In this document: in pieces, positions 36,555 through 51,185 of the stretch
How the letters are laid out: each line of letters starts with the position of its first letter
Position numbering within the stretch: the stretch's first letter is position 1
Source: Lingula anatina
Lineage: Eukaryota; Animalia; Brachiopoda
Assembly: GCA_051362555.1 (NCBI GenBank)
Contig: CM120646.1
Location: forward strand, 13,392,001 to 13,456,000
Direction: 5' to 3'
DNA length: 64,000 nt
Notes under the pieces: generated by a model
The model's database searches: none
Seen by the model: only the letters and a program-made list of their open reading frames with translations
Told to the model about the DNA's origin: nothing
Translations under genes and position numbers: made by a program

Positions 36555-36645
36555 TTGACCAATCAGAGAGCACGTCTCAGCAGGACGACTGACGTCGGTA
36601 GGCGCTCTGTGCGACCTCGGTCCAACAATGAACCAATCAGGAAAC
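36555..36645 (+). promoter_or_regulatory. Candidate Gbx promoter/proximal element
   Basis: Two CCAATCAG boxes (36559, 36633), a CRE-like TGACGTC (36590) and a Sox-like AACAATG (36624) cluster ~1.4 kb upstream of the Gbx ATG. Confidence 0.35.
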
Positions 36646-38029
36646 TCGATCTATACCTCATGGGGATTTGAGGACTGAGTTTGACAGATAGAACAATAAC
36701 AACGAGCGAAATGAAAGAAAGATAGATGACAGAGCTAAAGACCACCCCTCAATTTACTGTGCACTGATAGAATCAGCAGTGTAAAAGATAGTACGTAGCT
36801 TTAGCGTAATTACTTTTCAATGCTAGCTCAAGGCAAGCAGGCAGGGTGTTTGTTCAAAACCACAACCGGGGAACCAAGCACAAGTCTGCTGTAAGGTTTC
36901 TGCAGAGAAAAAAACAACCGAGCTTTACTGCAACTCGTTTTCATAATTCAGCATCATCGTGACAGCTAGGTCGCCGATGAAAAAACATAAGTAGGAACAT
37001 TATCCCGCCGATGAGAACGTTTGGACGACTTCGCCCATTAATTTGAACACAGAGTGTGCTTTTACAAACATTTATTCAAAACTAACCACTTACCAAAACA
37101 ATGTCGGACGGAACAGCGGGACAGAAATGAATTCGAAATTGGTCTCATTAAGAAAATCTGCTGCGTTAAAAACAAAGCGCTTGCACGGTCTACGTAGGAG
37201 GTTAATTACTCCGTGTTAAGTCAACATCGCAGCCAGATCGAACAGCCAGGGAATCCGTTTGATAAATAATCCCATGGAATAACTTTACTCAACTAAAACA
37301 AAGTGAATACGGGCGTCGAGCTAGGGTTACCCGCTTTAGATACATAGAGCCCACAGCTGGGCATTGACATTACAAAACTGGATATTTTACTGCGCATCGA
37401 CATTACTGGCTTCGAGGTCTCCAGATAGCAGACGTTTTGAAAGGCGAAATACCAAGAGGGAGAACGTTCTTGTTAAGCTGAACAAGCACAACGTGATTCG
37501 GTACGGCCATAGAGCAGATTTCAACGGCAAAATAGTAGGTGACGTGTTGGGCCCGACAGCCGGGGAAAGACAGATACAGAGGACATAGTTGCAAGGGAAT
37601 TTTGTCGAATAGCATGTGGGTGAATGTTATTCTTTATGATGTACATGAAAACGCATCATTTGGAAAGTCGTGACATCAGCCCTTGACATATCACATTAAA
37701 ACTGTATCTCTGTTTCATAGGTTGTTTAGAGGGAAAATTCATCTTTGGTAATTCGACGGCAAAATTTGGGAGAACAATTGCCTAAGAAGAGGCAGTGATA
37801 ATCTTTGGCTGATGGAAAGTCTCTTTCCGACTGTTTGAATACGATATATAGGTACAGGAGTGGTAAATCTTGTTGACACGTGTATGTGCTATTGACGTTT
37901 TCTCTGTAATCAAGGACCTGAATTTCGGAGCGAAGTCAGGGAATCGAATGTGATCGATCACCGTAGGTTACCGTTCCCGGTTCATTATATCATGGATAAT
38001 TAATCTGTTAACGTTGAAAAAAGAGAAAG

Positions 38030-39545
38030 ATGCAGAGAAAACCCGGAGCTTCGTTTACGATAGACGCCTTAATTGCACCTACGTCGCCCTCCACGACGTC
38101 TACGCAACCCGCCATAAGCGACGGCACAGACGCACAAAGCGCACGTCTGTCAACGCATTTCCCGCTACTGTATGGGGGCTATCTCTCTCACCCCGGGCTT
38201 ACAGGGACAGCGTCCGACGGTCTCTGCGGCGGACATGCATCACCAGGAACCGTGTCGCTAGCTGGGTCCATTTATAGACCGTATGACAGTGAAAGCAGGT
38301 TTCACCTCGCGACGCCGGCAGTGACTCGCTCGGGCCCCGTAACGACGAGCGAGGATCAAGGCAGGTATCTTCACACGTCTTCCAAGTCAGCGTTTACGTT
38401 CACGCTACGAGGTTTGACCTCCAACGTTGCTGCGTCGTCGGCGCTGGCGTTGTCAACGTCCACCACGGTGCATGCGACCCAAACCAGTGTGACTTGCCCA
38501 GGAACCTCCGTTGAGTTGACAAAACCAGGTACGTGCACATCGGTTAATATTTTCAATAATTTGTAAGTTGAATTAAGAAATAAATCCCCACCTTTCATGT
38601 GAAGCACATCAGGCAGAAGTTATTTTACCCGCGACTCCCTCAAATAGTTGGAAAAATTGGCTGGGAGTTACTCATATTACCGCAAATAATAATGATAATA
38701 AACATGAATGTAATTATAAAACAGGACAGATTTTTCACTGATAAGTCTTAATTAATTCCCAAAATATTTACATGCACCTAAAATATCATCTGACGCTGTT
38801 AGGTGTGAAAAACAACCGAGGTACCGAGATTATAAAAAAGATGTTAGTGCTTGTAAAGTTCTTGGTTGGCAATAGATTTTAACTCTAAATGTAGTACTTC
38901 TTTTGTAGTTTAATAAATTTCCAGTTTTATGAAACTATCCAGGATTTTATTAGGTTTTTATACACGTATATGTGGTTGCTAGTGCAAAAGCCACCTGTAT
39001 CTCGATACTCAAGGAAAAATGCACCCGTATATAATAAAACAGAAGTACACGAATAAAAGCGGGTAATATTCTGCATGCCACTCTCGTTCAACCTGACACT
39101 TTTAATGCCGTTATAATTTAAAAGCTATATAAGTTCGTCTAGGTGAAAAACGCGGAAATATGCAGGTGGCTCTAAATTTCTGTCGTGACAGTTATTTATA
39201 CAGATACACTGCCATTTTGTTATGACTATTGGGTCCAATTATTATATAGGTTAACAATCAATTTTAAAATAAGCATTAACTTTTTTTCAACTACACTTAA
39301 TTAACGGGAGCAAATATTATATTACAATGATTTTATAATTTTGGGAAGAATTCGCGGGGAACTTGTCTTTTGGGTAAATAAATGAAATTGAAACTGTTAT
39401 TTATATTAAATTGTTTTCAAATTAAACAATGGTTCAATTATCGAGCTAGCTGGGACTAAAAAATCATTCAAATTTTCGAAAAAAAACACTAAGATTTCCC
39501 AATTCATTGAGACTAATAACAAATGTTTTAATACACAAAAAAACA

Positions 39546-39580
<35 letters not shown>

Positions 39581-42266
39581 TATAATAATAATAATTTATA
39601 TTTGATTAAGAAATATTATTATTATAGATTTATGATATTTATGTCTTCTTCATATTACAAATAAAACAAGAACCCTAAATACAACAAGGACTCGTGAAAG
39701 GCTCGCTCTAACTTTTCTCAATACCGTGACATAATCCGCTATTAAGTCACTGCTTTAAAAAAATCGTGCTGTGACTTTTATTGATTTTGCCGTCATAATT
39801 TTCATTTTGTTATAGTCTGGTTTATTCGAATACGATCAAAATTATATTTTGTTTCAAAAGAATTACGATCAAAATGTCATGCAGTGTCTGGATTTTAATC
39901 AGCAAGTTGTCTGCCATTAAAGAGCTAATTATGTTGTTAATTTTACAGCCTGGACAGCTGCGCCACCGGTGAAATCCTACATTTTAAAGGACAATATTAT
40001 GCTGCCGTTTTGTTGTCTTTAGAACAAAAACTAAATTAAAAAACTGCAGCTGAGGGCACATAAAGTGATTCTCAGGCTACCAAAAAAATTAAAATATCTG
40101 GAAGGTACTTTAAAATTGGTTTTTAAAACTGCGAGCAAGATTGTGCATGAGGAATAGTATAAAAATCAGACTTCATATAAGCATATTTCATTAAAATTAG
40201 GTAGGCTTTGTGCCTTATTCGGAACCGCCAGAATCACCTTTATATAAAATGATTAAGTGCAATCAAAACGGAAACGTGTTAAGTATTATTGTGAATATGA
40301 CCTTTGTGTTACTTAGTTTGCGATTTTTTTACTTTTGTGTTGATATATCATCCGGGTTAGAGTCGCTTACATTAATGGAACTGGGTGCTCCAACACATTC
40401 AATGCGGGTCTTCTCCATGGATTGTAGTGAAAATGTTTATTTTCCAATATTTCACCCAGCCTCTACCTTTTTTCTCCCCTAGATGAATTAATCTTCATTC
40501 TCAACTGATATATTACTCGCTCAATTACTCCCAATCAAAGGTCAGATATTATTAACGCCGTTTTAAAGTAATTTCAGTCATAATTGCTTTTTTGTATGAC
40601 ATAGGCTCCGTTTACGTTGGAAATACTTGCCTCGACTTGACTCTGATTTAATCATGTTTGCCAAAATGCATTATCTTAAAAGCGAGACCCTGTTATCTAT
40701 ACTGTTTTACCCACAGTAGCACTGAGGACCTTAAAGTGATTCGCCGTCATAATCGAGAAAGATTGGAGTAGAAAAGTCTATGGAAGAACATGTGTCTCAA
40801 ACAACGGTGATTGTGAGTCACGTTTCTCTGCAAGACGAAGTGGACAGGATACTCAGACGACATACTGTAGTCCCGGGCTAATTTAAATTAAAATTATAAG
40901 TAACACATTGAAAATTGAAACTATTTTATTTTAACTACCAAGTATTAGCTCCAAATCTGGTTCGGCTCGAGGTGAGGTGTGAACAGGCCGCTAACCGCCT
41001 TTCATCACACACCGGCTCATCACTGCAACCTGTGACTCATAAATGTCAAGCGAACAAATAAATTTTAATCATAGGGAAAATGTGTTCGTTTAGGCAGATA
41101 CAGAGACGAGTCTTGACACATCCAACCTTTGTGCGTTGTTCTGTGGGGAGACGTTAAAATAAGGGGCTTTGCAGCGGTTTCCTACGTGCAGGGTTTCGGT
41201 GCTTGTTCATAATAAAGCGGGGAAGGGGGCATTTAATATTTGACCTTTTGACTATAAATATGACTCACTAATTTATCGAAACTGAGTGATTGTGTACTTT
41301 CGTGTGCGTGTTTTGCCTTACGTGTAACTTTATTTCAAGCTATTGTTTGCGTATGGAGGACGTCAAGCAGCGCGTTTTAATAACTTGGCAACCGTCACCT
41401 TGTGAAACATTGCATTATCAACGACAGTCATAAGAAAAGAGATGAGACCGCGGAAGGGAGATTTTAAGCACGTTCTTTTTTCAATCAATTGTCCATGATA
41501 TATGCGTTATATTGAGTCCGAGCTCTAGACAACTGTCTTCAGTAAAACATTGTAATTATGTTTTCCCTCCAAACTGTACTAAACACTGAATGAAGCGAAG
41601 TATGAAAAATAACGATGAGAAATTGAAAAGTTACCGTCTAACCCACACGACCAACTTGTGGATGTTATTAATCAATGGAGCCTGCCACAGAGACAAAGTT
41701 ATTAGCATTGCCGCTGCCACTAATTAACCGAATATTAATGTTATTTAATGTACTATTAATTGGCATTGCCTTACGACTGTCGCCGCGGAGTTTGTCGCAT
41801 GCGGTCTCCGCAGGGCATTATTTGACATTACGATACGCTTTCACAGCCATTTTAGAACGCCGCTATTTACTACCAGATCGATTCAAACACGGTTGCAGAG
41901 TCCAGAATTAGCACACATTAGGTTTGAATTCATGCCGTTACATGTACCACGACAAGATTTTCAACTTTCCCTGCCAGCCATATTTGGCTCCCACCAAAAG
42001 AAATTCACGTTCGCGCGAGCGCAGTTACATGTACCGGTACACATACATGTATAGCGTATAGTTGTAGTGCAGCGGCACTGTCTGAAGTAAATATATAGCT
42101 TAATACGTGACTTGTCTGGACTGTGCATTTAAAACTTCGTCAATAAACAACGCCAGTCATAACAGTCATTGAAACTAAGAAAACAGTCTTGTTTTATTTC
42201 TTCGACCCCAATTTACACGGATGCTCGATTTGGTGTACAAGGTTAAGAAGGGTAATTATGGTTGCT

Positions 42267-42325
<59 letters not shown>

Positions 42326-45300
42326 GGGTGGCGGGCACGATGTTCAGTGTGTATTAATCAATTAAAAGAACATCTTTTTGTCTTTGTGCGTACGAAAAAT
42401 AAGTTGATAGCATCAGTTTTCACTTGCTTTGAGTATTTTGTTGACCGTTGAAAGGTTCCATCAGATGTGTAATATCAACAGAAATGTAGAAGTTCTTCCG
42501 TGATCAATAGTTTGAAAAATAAACTGATACATTGTACTTTACTGTTAGCAGACGACATGCTGTCTAATAAAGTATCAGCTTATTTCTCAAGTTACTTTTG
42601 TATTCATTAAAGGCGTTTTTACCGTACATAAACACTAAGCAGAGAGAGGGAACAAGTTGCTTAAAACACGCAACCGATTGTAGGTGTTCGCACGCTTGCG
42701 TGCGTGCGTGCGTGCGTATGTCTTCCTCTGACGATCCTCTCGTTCATTTTCTTCACTGAACCCCACAACAATTAATAACTCCGTCTAGTAGATAGAGACA
42801 GCTGTGTAGTTAAAAGCGATGATCTATTGCTCTAATTATGGGCTGATTAACTGCTCAATTAGGCGCCCGCATGATGGGGTAACGGAGACGTGCTTGTGAA
42901 TAAGGCACGGCTTGGACTGCGGACTACTATACAAAGTGATTCATCTGTGTATTCTTCGGCAGACGCGGCCGTGTCCCTTTACGATATGGATAGCTTGGAG
43001 TGAGTTTTGTGAATAAGCGTGCCTTACAGCTTAGAGCAGTTAGCAATACGTGAGGTTTATCTAGTTTCTTCAGCCGGTAAAGAACGACATGCTGAAGTAT
43101 TTCCTTGCTCCAATATTCACGATTCCTGGTCAATTATAATGAAATGTTATTGGGTATCTTTAAGTAAAGGACCAACGTAAAAAGGGTAGAAAGTCTCCGC
43201 TACAAACTAAGCCCACTTTAAATTAAGAAATTAGTCTCGTTCACATCAGGTAGTAGACGTTATGAAGTTTTGAAATGCGTGTTTGAAACAAAAAACGATA
43301 ATTTCAGGAAGATATGAAATCGGCAGACAGTTTCTTTGTACGAATCATTATCGTCCTGTGTGAACATGGGTGAATTAATTATTATGTGAAGGAGAACTGT
43401 GCACGGATATACTGTGCAGGCGATCAAAAATTTAATCAGCAATGCGGGCTTGGAAAAATACTGGAACAGGCGGAAAAAAAGTGAAAGCAAACTTTAGCTG
43501 TATATAAAGCACGTGCTTCATTCCCACGGAGAAAAGCGAACGGCATTTCACTTTTTTTTTAAATAAATATAAGTATAAAAAGGAACAACAAATATCATTT
43601 TAGATACGAAGGGACGACTATGGCTGTCAGGGTGCTGTCGTGGTTCTTAACAAAGGCTTGGAATTGTTTAGAAATATGGGGGCAGAAACTTTACCAGCAG
43701 TTCCATGTAATTGAAATACGGGTGCAGCGTCAATTTACATTTTAAAAATGGAAAAGAAAAAGCGGGGAAAACATAATTTGGTTTTGTATATAATCTATGC
43801 CTTGTTTATATCACTGGTAAAACTTAATACATTCGAAAACTAAAACAAAAAATGTCCATTTCTTTTACATATGATTGTGTATTTGTCACAAATGAAAAAT
43901 AAAATAAAGAAAAGTAATGGTATCTAGCCTTAAAATGTACAGAAGTTACAGCTATTTTAGGATGGGCATTGTAAATCTAAAGACAATTTCGATGGTTAAA
44001 AGTACACCAAACTTTATCTGGAACTACAAATGTGCACGAAATTAAGGGTGACCAACTGCTGTAACCAACCTGCCTGGGTACATACACGACTGGAATACCA
44101 AGTACCATTTCACAGTTAAATTAACACCATGAGTTCTGTTTTCGGCGTCTGAAATATATGAACCTGACAAATAATTTTAAAGGTTCATTGAACAAGTCTC
44201 ATCTATTTCCCCGTATCAAGCTATCATCATGTTTCGAGATTAATTTTGGAATTAAGGGCTTGTTTAGGGTCAATTTAACAAGGATTATCTATTCTGTCCA
44301 ACGCATATTTCACCGATCATTGCCAGTCCATCAGATCGTCAGGGGATCGTAGTAACTCAGAGAGAGAGGCAACGGTTATGCGCATGATCGAGGAAACAAA
44401 TCTGTAGCTATTTTTGTATTATGTCATACCTTCACATAAAAAACTTATTTTCCATTTTACGCCTTTGATGCAGAAGTCTTAAGGTCTTGTATAGGTTAGA
44501 TACGTTTTTATGGTAGCTAGAATGGTCAATGGAGGTCAATTCAAACGTATAGTTATTCGTTCATGGTTGGCATTTATTAGGCAGTCTTAATCCTTCTGCA
44601 CGCGCGAACGCGTGCATGTGTATAACGAGTAAAGTGAAATGAGTTTTTTCTGCGATAGTTCGCTTTCACTTACACATTATTGTTTAATAATTAAAAAATA
44701 GGATCTAAGCTACCAGAAAAACACAGTGTCTGAAAATTACCAAGGGAGGGTTAGCCCATAGACTAAAAGTGAAGTGTACATGCAGTTAAGAGTGGACCAA
44801 AGACAAAAAGATGTATATCCAAAGACAGGTGCAAGTGACTAGAATTTATTTATTTATTTATTTATTTATATGCTTTGATGAATGAAACTGCCTGATAATA
44901 GTCCATGTACCGAGAGGTATCAAGCTGTCGAAGGCTGACACGCTCCTGCAGAACTCGTAATTAAAGGCTGATCTGGAGAGTAATTCACACCGTAGCTGGC
45001 AGTATAAACGACCAATTAGCTGGTAATGATAATCACTGAAGTAGACACTAATGCGGTATAACGCGAGATCTGCCGGCGGCACCTTGGCTCTCTTCACTCG
45101 ACGCAGTTTCGGTTCTAAAGTGTTTGGTGACTGCTTCTAGTTCAGGTTTGGTTTCATGATGCAATGGCAATGACGCAACATAAAACCGTATGTGATTGAT
45201 ATTCGGCGATATATGCCTTGGTTGACCTCCGACAACAGTGCATTTCAGAGAGACATTAGTGACCTAAAGTACAGCTCTCCAGAGATGTCACTTTGATTGA

Positions 45301-48300
45301 CCCACGCGTACTAGTAAGACCTCTAATGCACAGCCATATGTACTTGTCTCACGCAGGTGGTGCTTGCGTACATCTGGTGTTATTATTTTTTTTTTAATCA
45401 AAAAAGAAAAAAAATGCAAAATAACCTCCATTTTTGATGGCACTCTGTCAACTGGCGGTAGCTGTCGGTAGAAATTGTTCAATAATCTAAAATTTCTGGG
45501 GAGTGGGCGAACGGTATAATAGGTACTACCGTCCTATATTAAATGCTTTTGATACCCCATATCTTTAGGTTGAAGATCTCATTTGAACATTGTATTAAAG
45601 AAAAGTACTTTTTACATATTATTATGAAATGAACACGATGCAACCAGGAATAGGCGCTTACCGAGAGGGCACCATTCATATTCAAACTGTGCATTAAAAA
45701 TATGTACACATTTACTTACACATCTTCAAAATTAAGAAAAGTATAGCGCGCAGAACTCTGCCAGAACTCGTTGTAGTTTCCCCCACCCCTTTCCTCCAGT
45801 ATGACGGCAGATGCCAGGTTATAATTGTAATCCGATTTGTCAAAACAAGGACGGATAAAAACAAATCCGAGATTTCCACCGATCTATCTCTCGGCATCGA
45901 TATTACAGCAGTTTAATCATCGTGCTTAGTAAGACGGCGATGAGACGAATCTGGTACAAATAGGAGACTTTTTAATTGTATTTCCTCCTAATCTTACGGT
46001 AGCTAATATCTTGGAGGGGGCTCGCGGGTGGGTATCTGTGTCACCGATCATTAAGTTAAGCCGTGATTAGATTCCCATCAATCATCACTAACTTGGAGAT
46101 ATTGACACGTACAGTGGTGCGGAAAATGTTTTAACTCAGATACAGTGTTACTCTTGTCAGAATGTGTGTTTAAGTACAGCCGTGCCCGAAAATATCGTAC
46201 TTTTTCAAAAGCTTTTGCGATTGATAAATAGGAACTCTGAACTCCTAATGTAGTTTTTTTTTAATAGATAGAGTTATATTCGTGGAAAGTACTTTTTCTG
46301 ATGTACAGTTGCTGAAATATGCGTACAAAGTGTTTAACAACAGGTTGCTCAAAAAGGTGGGACTTTGGATTTTTAACACGAATATTATAAGATGCATCCC
46401 TTCTCCTACACCTGTGATGGTGGTTTTACAATACTGCCACGTCGTTTACATTTCTATTCTATTCTATTCTGGTAAGCGGCAGCCGAGAGACTACTAGTAT
46501 ATGCATGACTTGGTGTATTAGAATATAAAGCTACATGTATGAACTACATGTAAGACACGCTCTCTCTCTCTCGTTGTTTAATTTGCCATGTTCAGAGCCT
46601 ATATCATTCAGGGCTCGCACGGGGCACGGGGTTAAATACAATCGGAGTTTTACGCTCATCGAACAAACGTTTCTCTTCCCCTAGAAGACTCGACATGACA
46701 TGTAGCATATAGTAATATCCTGATGCTCCTGACGATATGAGAGCTTCTTTGACCCCTGTCATATTGTGCCGCCATCATTTGACGCCTGCCAGTTTATATA
46801 AAAAAGTCAGGCGCTGAAAAGGAATTAATACATTTGTATTTTAATAACATATTCCTTACATGTAATATACGTATTTTTGTGCTCTCTGTTAATATAATTC
46901 GGTATTTAAATTGTTCAGTATGTTGCGTAAATGCAATCGCTTTATTCACGGTGTGGCATTTCAGGACGAAAAACACTAATATCCGACGAGGGCAAACAAT
47001 GTGACTGCATGTGAGAAAAAAAAAAAAGAAAAACGAAAAAATGAAAGAGAAAAAAGTTTGTGTAAATGTTGAGCCAGCCGAAATAATACAAGGAAAATGG
47101 GAAGAGAAGCGCGCTGGTAAAATTGCGCTAATTTGACAATGATCGATCCGTAGACAGCGGGATGATAATATCAACCCACGTGAGACATTCTTATAGATCA
47201 CTCATTCAAAGAACTCGATACCAGAGACGGCTTTTGTTGTATAATAGATCACAAGGTTCTCAAGAACTTGCATAAAAATCAAGGGGTTTAGTCACAGATA
47301 GCGTTTTCTGATACGCCTTCCATTTTCGATAGATATAAATAAGGGGGGGGGGGGGGGGGTAGTACCGATATTCTAACGTGGTGTCCTAACAATTATTTGC
47401 TATTTTATTTCATTTTCAGTATTTATTATTTTTTTAGTCCAGTTAGTCATGGATTGTAGATCACGCAATGAACACAGTGTTTCAATCATGCGGTGCACTG
47501 GAGAAAACGCAGCGTGAAGTATCAATTAACGGCACACCAAACGTCAACATAGAATTATTAATCTTTGTCTGACTGCACGCCTACTAAAAGTCTAATTATA
47601 AATACGCAGTGGAAAGTACAAGTAGAGGCATTCAAGTTTACCATCTTAAAACTCACGTTCAAAAGTACTTAATTCACATTCGACGATAACTATACATTTT
47701 GAGTTGATTACCTTTCTTCCATTTCTTAGCAATGACAGTTAAGTTGGATAAAAGCTCTATAAAAAGAAATCTGATAGGTACTTAACATCATTTATCATCA
47801 TATAGGGCGGTTAAATGATAAATATGTGACACCAGAAGACATTGTTATAAAGTTAATAACAGCATGGCACAATTCCTTACACGACGATGGTTTATGTCAT
47901 AAATTTATGAACTCGGACGTAATGGAGAGGCTGTGAAATTGAAGATATTTGTGATATAACAATATAAAGTCAGCAACATCCTCGTATTCTTATTATCTGA
48001 ATCTTCCTCACTACAAATCCAACACATTCGAAGATACGTGCGATTAAACAAACTAAATTACTCGCTTCGACGGCTTCATTGCTTAATTTTGAAAATGGCT
48101 CTCCCTAAACAAGTTGATAATTTCAGAAATCACCAGCCTCTCTAAAGAGGTGATCCTTTTTTTTACACAATCTGCTGGAAAAGATCGCGATGTATCAAAC
48201 AGCCAGGCGCATATTTCACTCAAATGTAGTAGAACACCCCGAAACGCGTTTCCACAGCAACGGGCCCCAAAAAGAGTTATGCGTCGAATGAATACCCATT

Positions 48301-49448
48301 AGTTTGGAGTCGTGCTCGCAGGTGTTCAAATGAGAATTTGAAGACCTATAATCCGCTTATTCTCCTCAGTGTAATGCACGTTTTTTCACTCATATCTTCA
48401 TCCTTGATTCATCTTCGTAATTCGTTTCTCGTTTACGGCAATTGATCACTGTCAAGGCGAAGGCCTCGGGCCATTCGGTATTGTGTCGTGCTAAGAGCAA
48501 TAGGAAAATTTAATCCATTTCATTTTTCTTAAAATTGGATGGTATGATGTCTCAATGCGTTTTCACCCAACGGAAGTCGTACATTACGACAGACAAAAAT
48601 ATTTGTGTAATACTTAATCTCTGCCGATTCATTTTTGTCGCATATTCCACATCCTGCACTAACCATATATACATGTACTACTATACTAACGTTACAGATG
48701 GAACCGATTTTTATAATGTATATGTTTATTTTTAAGTCGTTCGAGTATATGATTTATTCAGTGATACATAACGCATTATACTGCACTCTATCACGGCACA
48801 TGTAGGCTACATGTAGGCCTACCCCAGTGGCAATTTGATTATATCATGGATTATTTCTTTTTTTCTTTTTTTTTTTCAGAGTTTCCCGACGCTGGTATAT
48901 TCAGAAGACACAACGCAGGCGAATCCGAGAGTTACTGCTCAAGTGCTCGCCTAGTGTGCAACAAGACTCCGGACTCGACCACCAGAGACGATATTGACGC
49001 CGATGTCAGCAATGGGAAGGTTGCAGTGATGGAAGACGGGAATGAAAGCGAGACCGGAACGAGCGACAGCGGAAATGGCGATGAGCCTTCTGGGAAGGGC
49101 GAAAAGACTAGACGGAGGAGGACAGCATTTACCAGCGAACAACTCTTAGAACTTGAAAAAGAATTCCACAGCAAAAAATATCTGTCACTGACTGAGCGCT
49201 CACAGATAGCACAGACATTGAAACTTAGTGAAGTGCAGGTTAAAATATGGTTTCAGAACCGTAGAGCGAAGTGGAAAAGGGTTAAGGCGGGACTTCCTCA
49301 AAGGGTTAAAAGTGGTGTTGAGACACCTCAACCGAGCATGCGCAGACCGAAGATCGTGGTGCCTATTCCCATTCACGTGAATAGAGTAGCAATTCGAAGC
49401 CAGCACCAACAGCTGGAGAAGACTATGAAAGCTTTGCAGCATCATTAA
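38030..49448 (+). CDS. gbx: Gbx (gastrulation brain homeobox / unplugged) transcription factor, ~355 aa, 2 exons
   Basis: Exon 1 38030-38528 carries the eh1 motif SFTIDALI and donor G|gtacgt. Exon 2 48880-49448 follows a polypyrimidine tract + cag (phase 1). Homeodomain [60 protein letters not shown] and C-terminal [25 protein letters not shown] are Gbx-diagnostic. Confidence 0.96.
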
Positions 49449-50115
49449 CCATGGTTTCGTGTTTGGGGTTTAAAGCCGATATGAAATATGATAAAAAATG
49501 ATATTAAATAATATTACGCCTGATTTTTGAATACAGTGTAGGCCTCATTCTGAATGGGTTGGAATAAACCACTGGATGAGATGGCAATCGACACATTATA
49601 ATCATCTGATTGTATCAAATATTTGAAACATTGGAAAGGATAAACTGGTAGTTTGCTATAGTAAGTGCCTGTACATGTACACCTATATTTAGAATAATAA
49701 GCAATATTCACGAGGGGTGACAGTTTCTCAGCCGATTTCTCTCAAATCACTAAGAATGAAAATGCTTCCTTGGTGAAGGAGTGCGCCAAACCATGACTCT
49801 GTGCTATACATTAGCTGGTGTTTTAGTAGGACTAATGAACTCTTGTTTATTGTGCTGTAAATACATGTGCAAGGACTTTATTTGGTGCGTTGTGAAAGTA
49901 GTCACATAGAAAATTGGTGTGCGTAGCAGCGAGAAGCTATAGAGAGAAACCCTTTCAATTTATTACAGGTGTAGTATTCGGGGCCATGAAAAAAGGCAAT
50001 TTGGTCAGTAAATATATTACAAAGGTACTCTATGTGTCCTTTTTTGGGTACAGTGCAATTTGTCTAAACGGAAATAGTGCCTCCTTGGGTCATTCAGACT
50101 ATGTAGGAAAGTGCC

Positions 50116-50121
50116 AATAAA
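50116..50121 (+). terminator. Candidate Gbx polyadenylation signal
   Basis: AATAAA ~670 nt after the stop, followed by T-rich sequence. An earlier AATAAA at ~49563 is an alternative. Confidence 0.35.
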
Positions 50122-50964
50122 ACACAACAAACAAGTAACGTTTGTTAAATCTTTATTTCTGTCATAGGGGTTATAGTAAGGTTAAACATTAAGCCTTTTG
50201 TATACTTAGGCTGCACCAAATTCAAAAAGCAATTTTTCAGATCGATTTACCCCCCCCCCTCCCCCACCATCACACTTATAATTTGCGTCCTACACTGTAC
50301 GCGCCTGATCGATACACAAAGTTTTAACTTTTTTAAATAACTATAAATGTATGGACTCTCCAGCCCTAAGATCCCATACATAAGCATAGACTGTGGGAGC
50401 GTCAGATTTGTGAATTTGGTTTTAAAATTCTTAATCTTAAAAGTATTGCTTAGAATTTTATTTTATTGTATTATAATATTAAAATTATACTGAAAGAAAA
50501 TTCCTAAAACGACCCAGTACTCCTTTTGGCTCTATTGAATACTCGAATCGCCACGAAATGTATCCTTTCTTCACCTTCTTACAACATTGCTCAACAAAGT
50601 TTTCCTCTCTCCATGGCCAGTTTCATGCGCTTTTATTTACAAATGATCAAATCACAGGTAAAAATTGTTATGAATAGTGAGTTTTATTCCAGATACCATA
50701 ACTAGCATGATTAATGATACAGAAAATACTTAATAGCGGTGAAGATATCCATATTTAATACCAATTATTCATATTTATAACATGTACCCCCTTAATTCCG
50801 ATGTTTCACTGTAATTTCCATAGAAGTTAAGAAATGTTCATTTAATTGAAAAGACACCACCAGATGTCACCAAATCTACACACAATTAGCATAAGGGTGT
50901 GCTCGTTAAAGGTCTAATAGCTGTCTACTGCATACTGCAATTGCCGGGTATCTCCTGTAGGCGG

Positions 50965-51185
50965 CGCTGCCTGCCTTCAGCAAGGGCACCAATTCTGTTT
51001 TGTAAGACATTGTCCCATTCTTCCTAAAGAGCTTGGCAGAGTTGGTCCAGATTATTAGAAGGTTGGTATTCTTCAGCGTCTCTCACTCCAACTCATGCCA
51101 CAGGTGCTCAGTAGGGTTAGTATTAGGGCTCAAATAAGGTTGTTTCATCCTCAGAACATTGAATTTCTGCAACAAATCACTCAAT
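50965..51185 (-). mobile_element. Tc1/mariner transposase C-terminal fossil
   Basis: Minus translation NVLRMKQPYLSPNTNPTEHLWHELE*...NLDQLCQAL*EEWDNV. Aligns with 20340-20565. Confidence 0.75.

Noticed and set aside
44523-44538. DR4-like nuclear receptor element TGGTCA-atgg-AGGTCA in the Gbx intron
   Set aside because: One half-site is degenerate, and a single such match is expected by chance in 10 kb.
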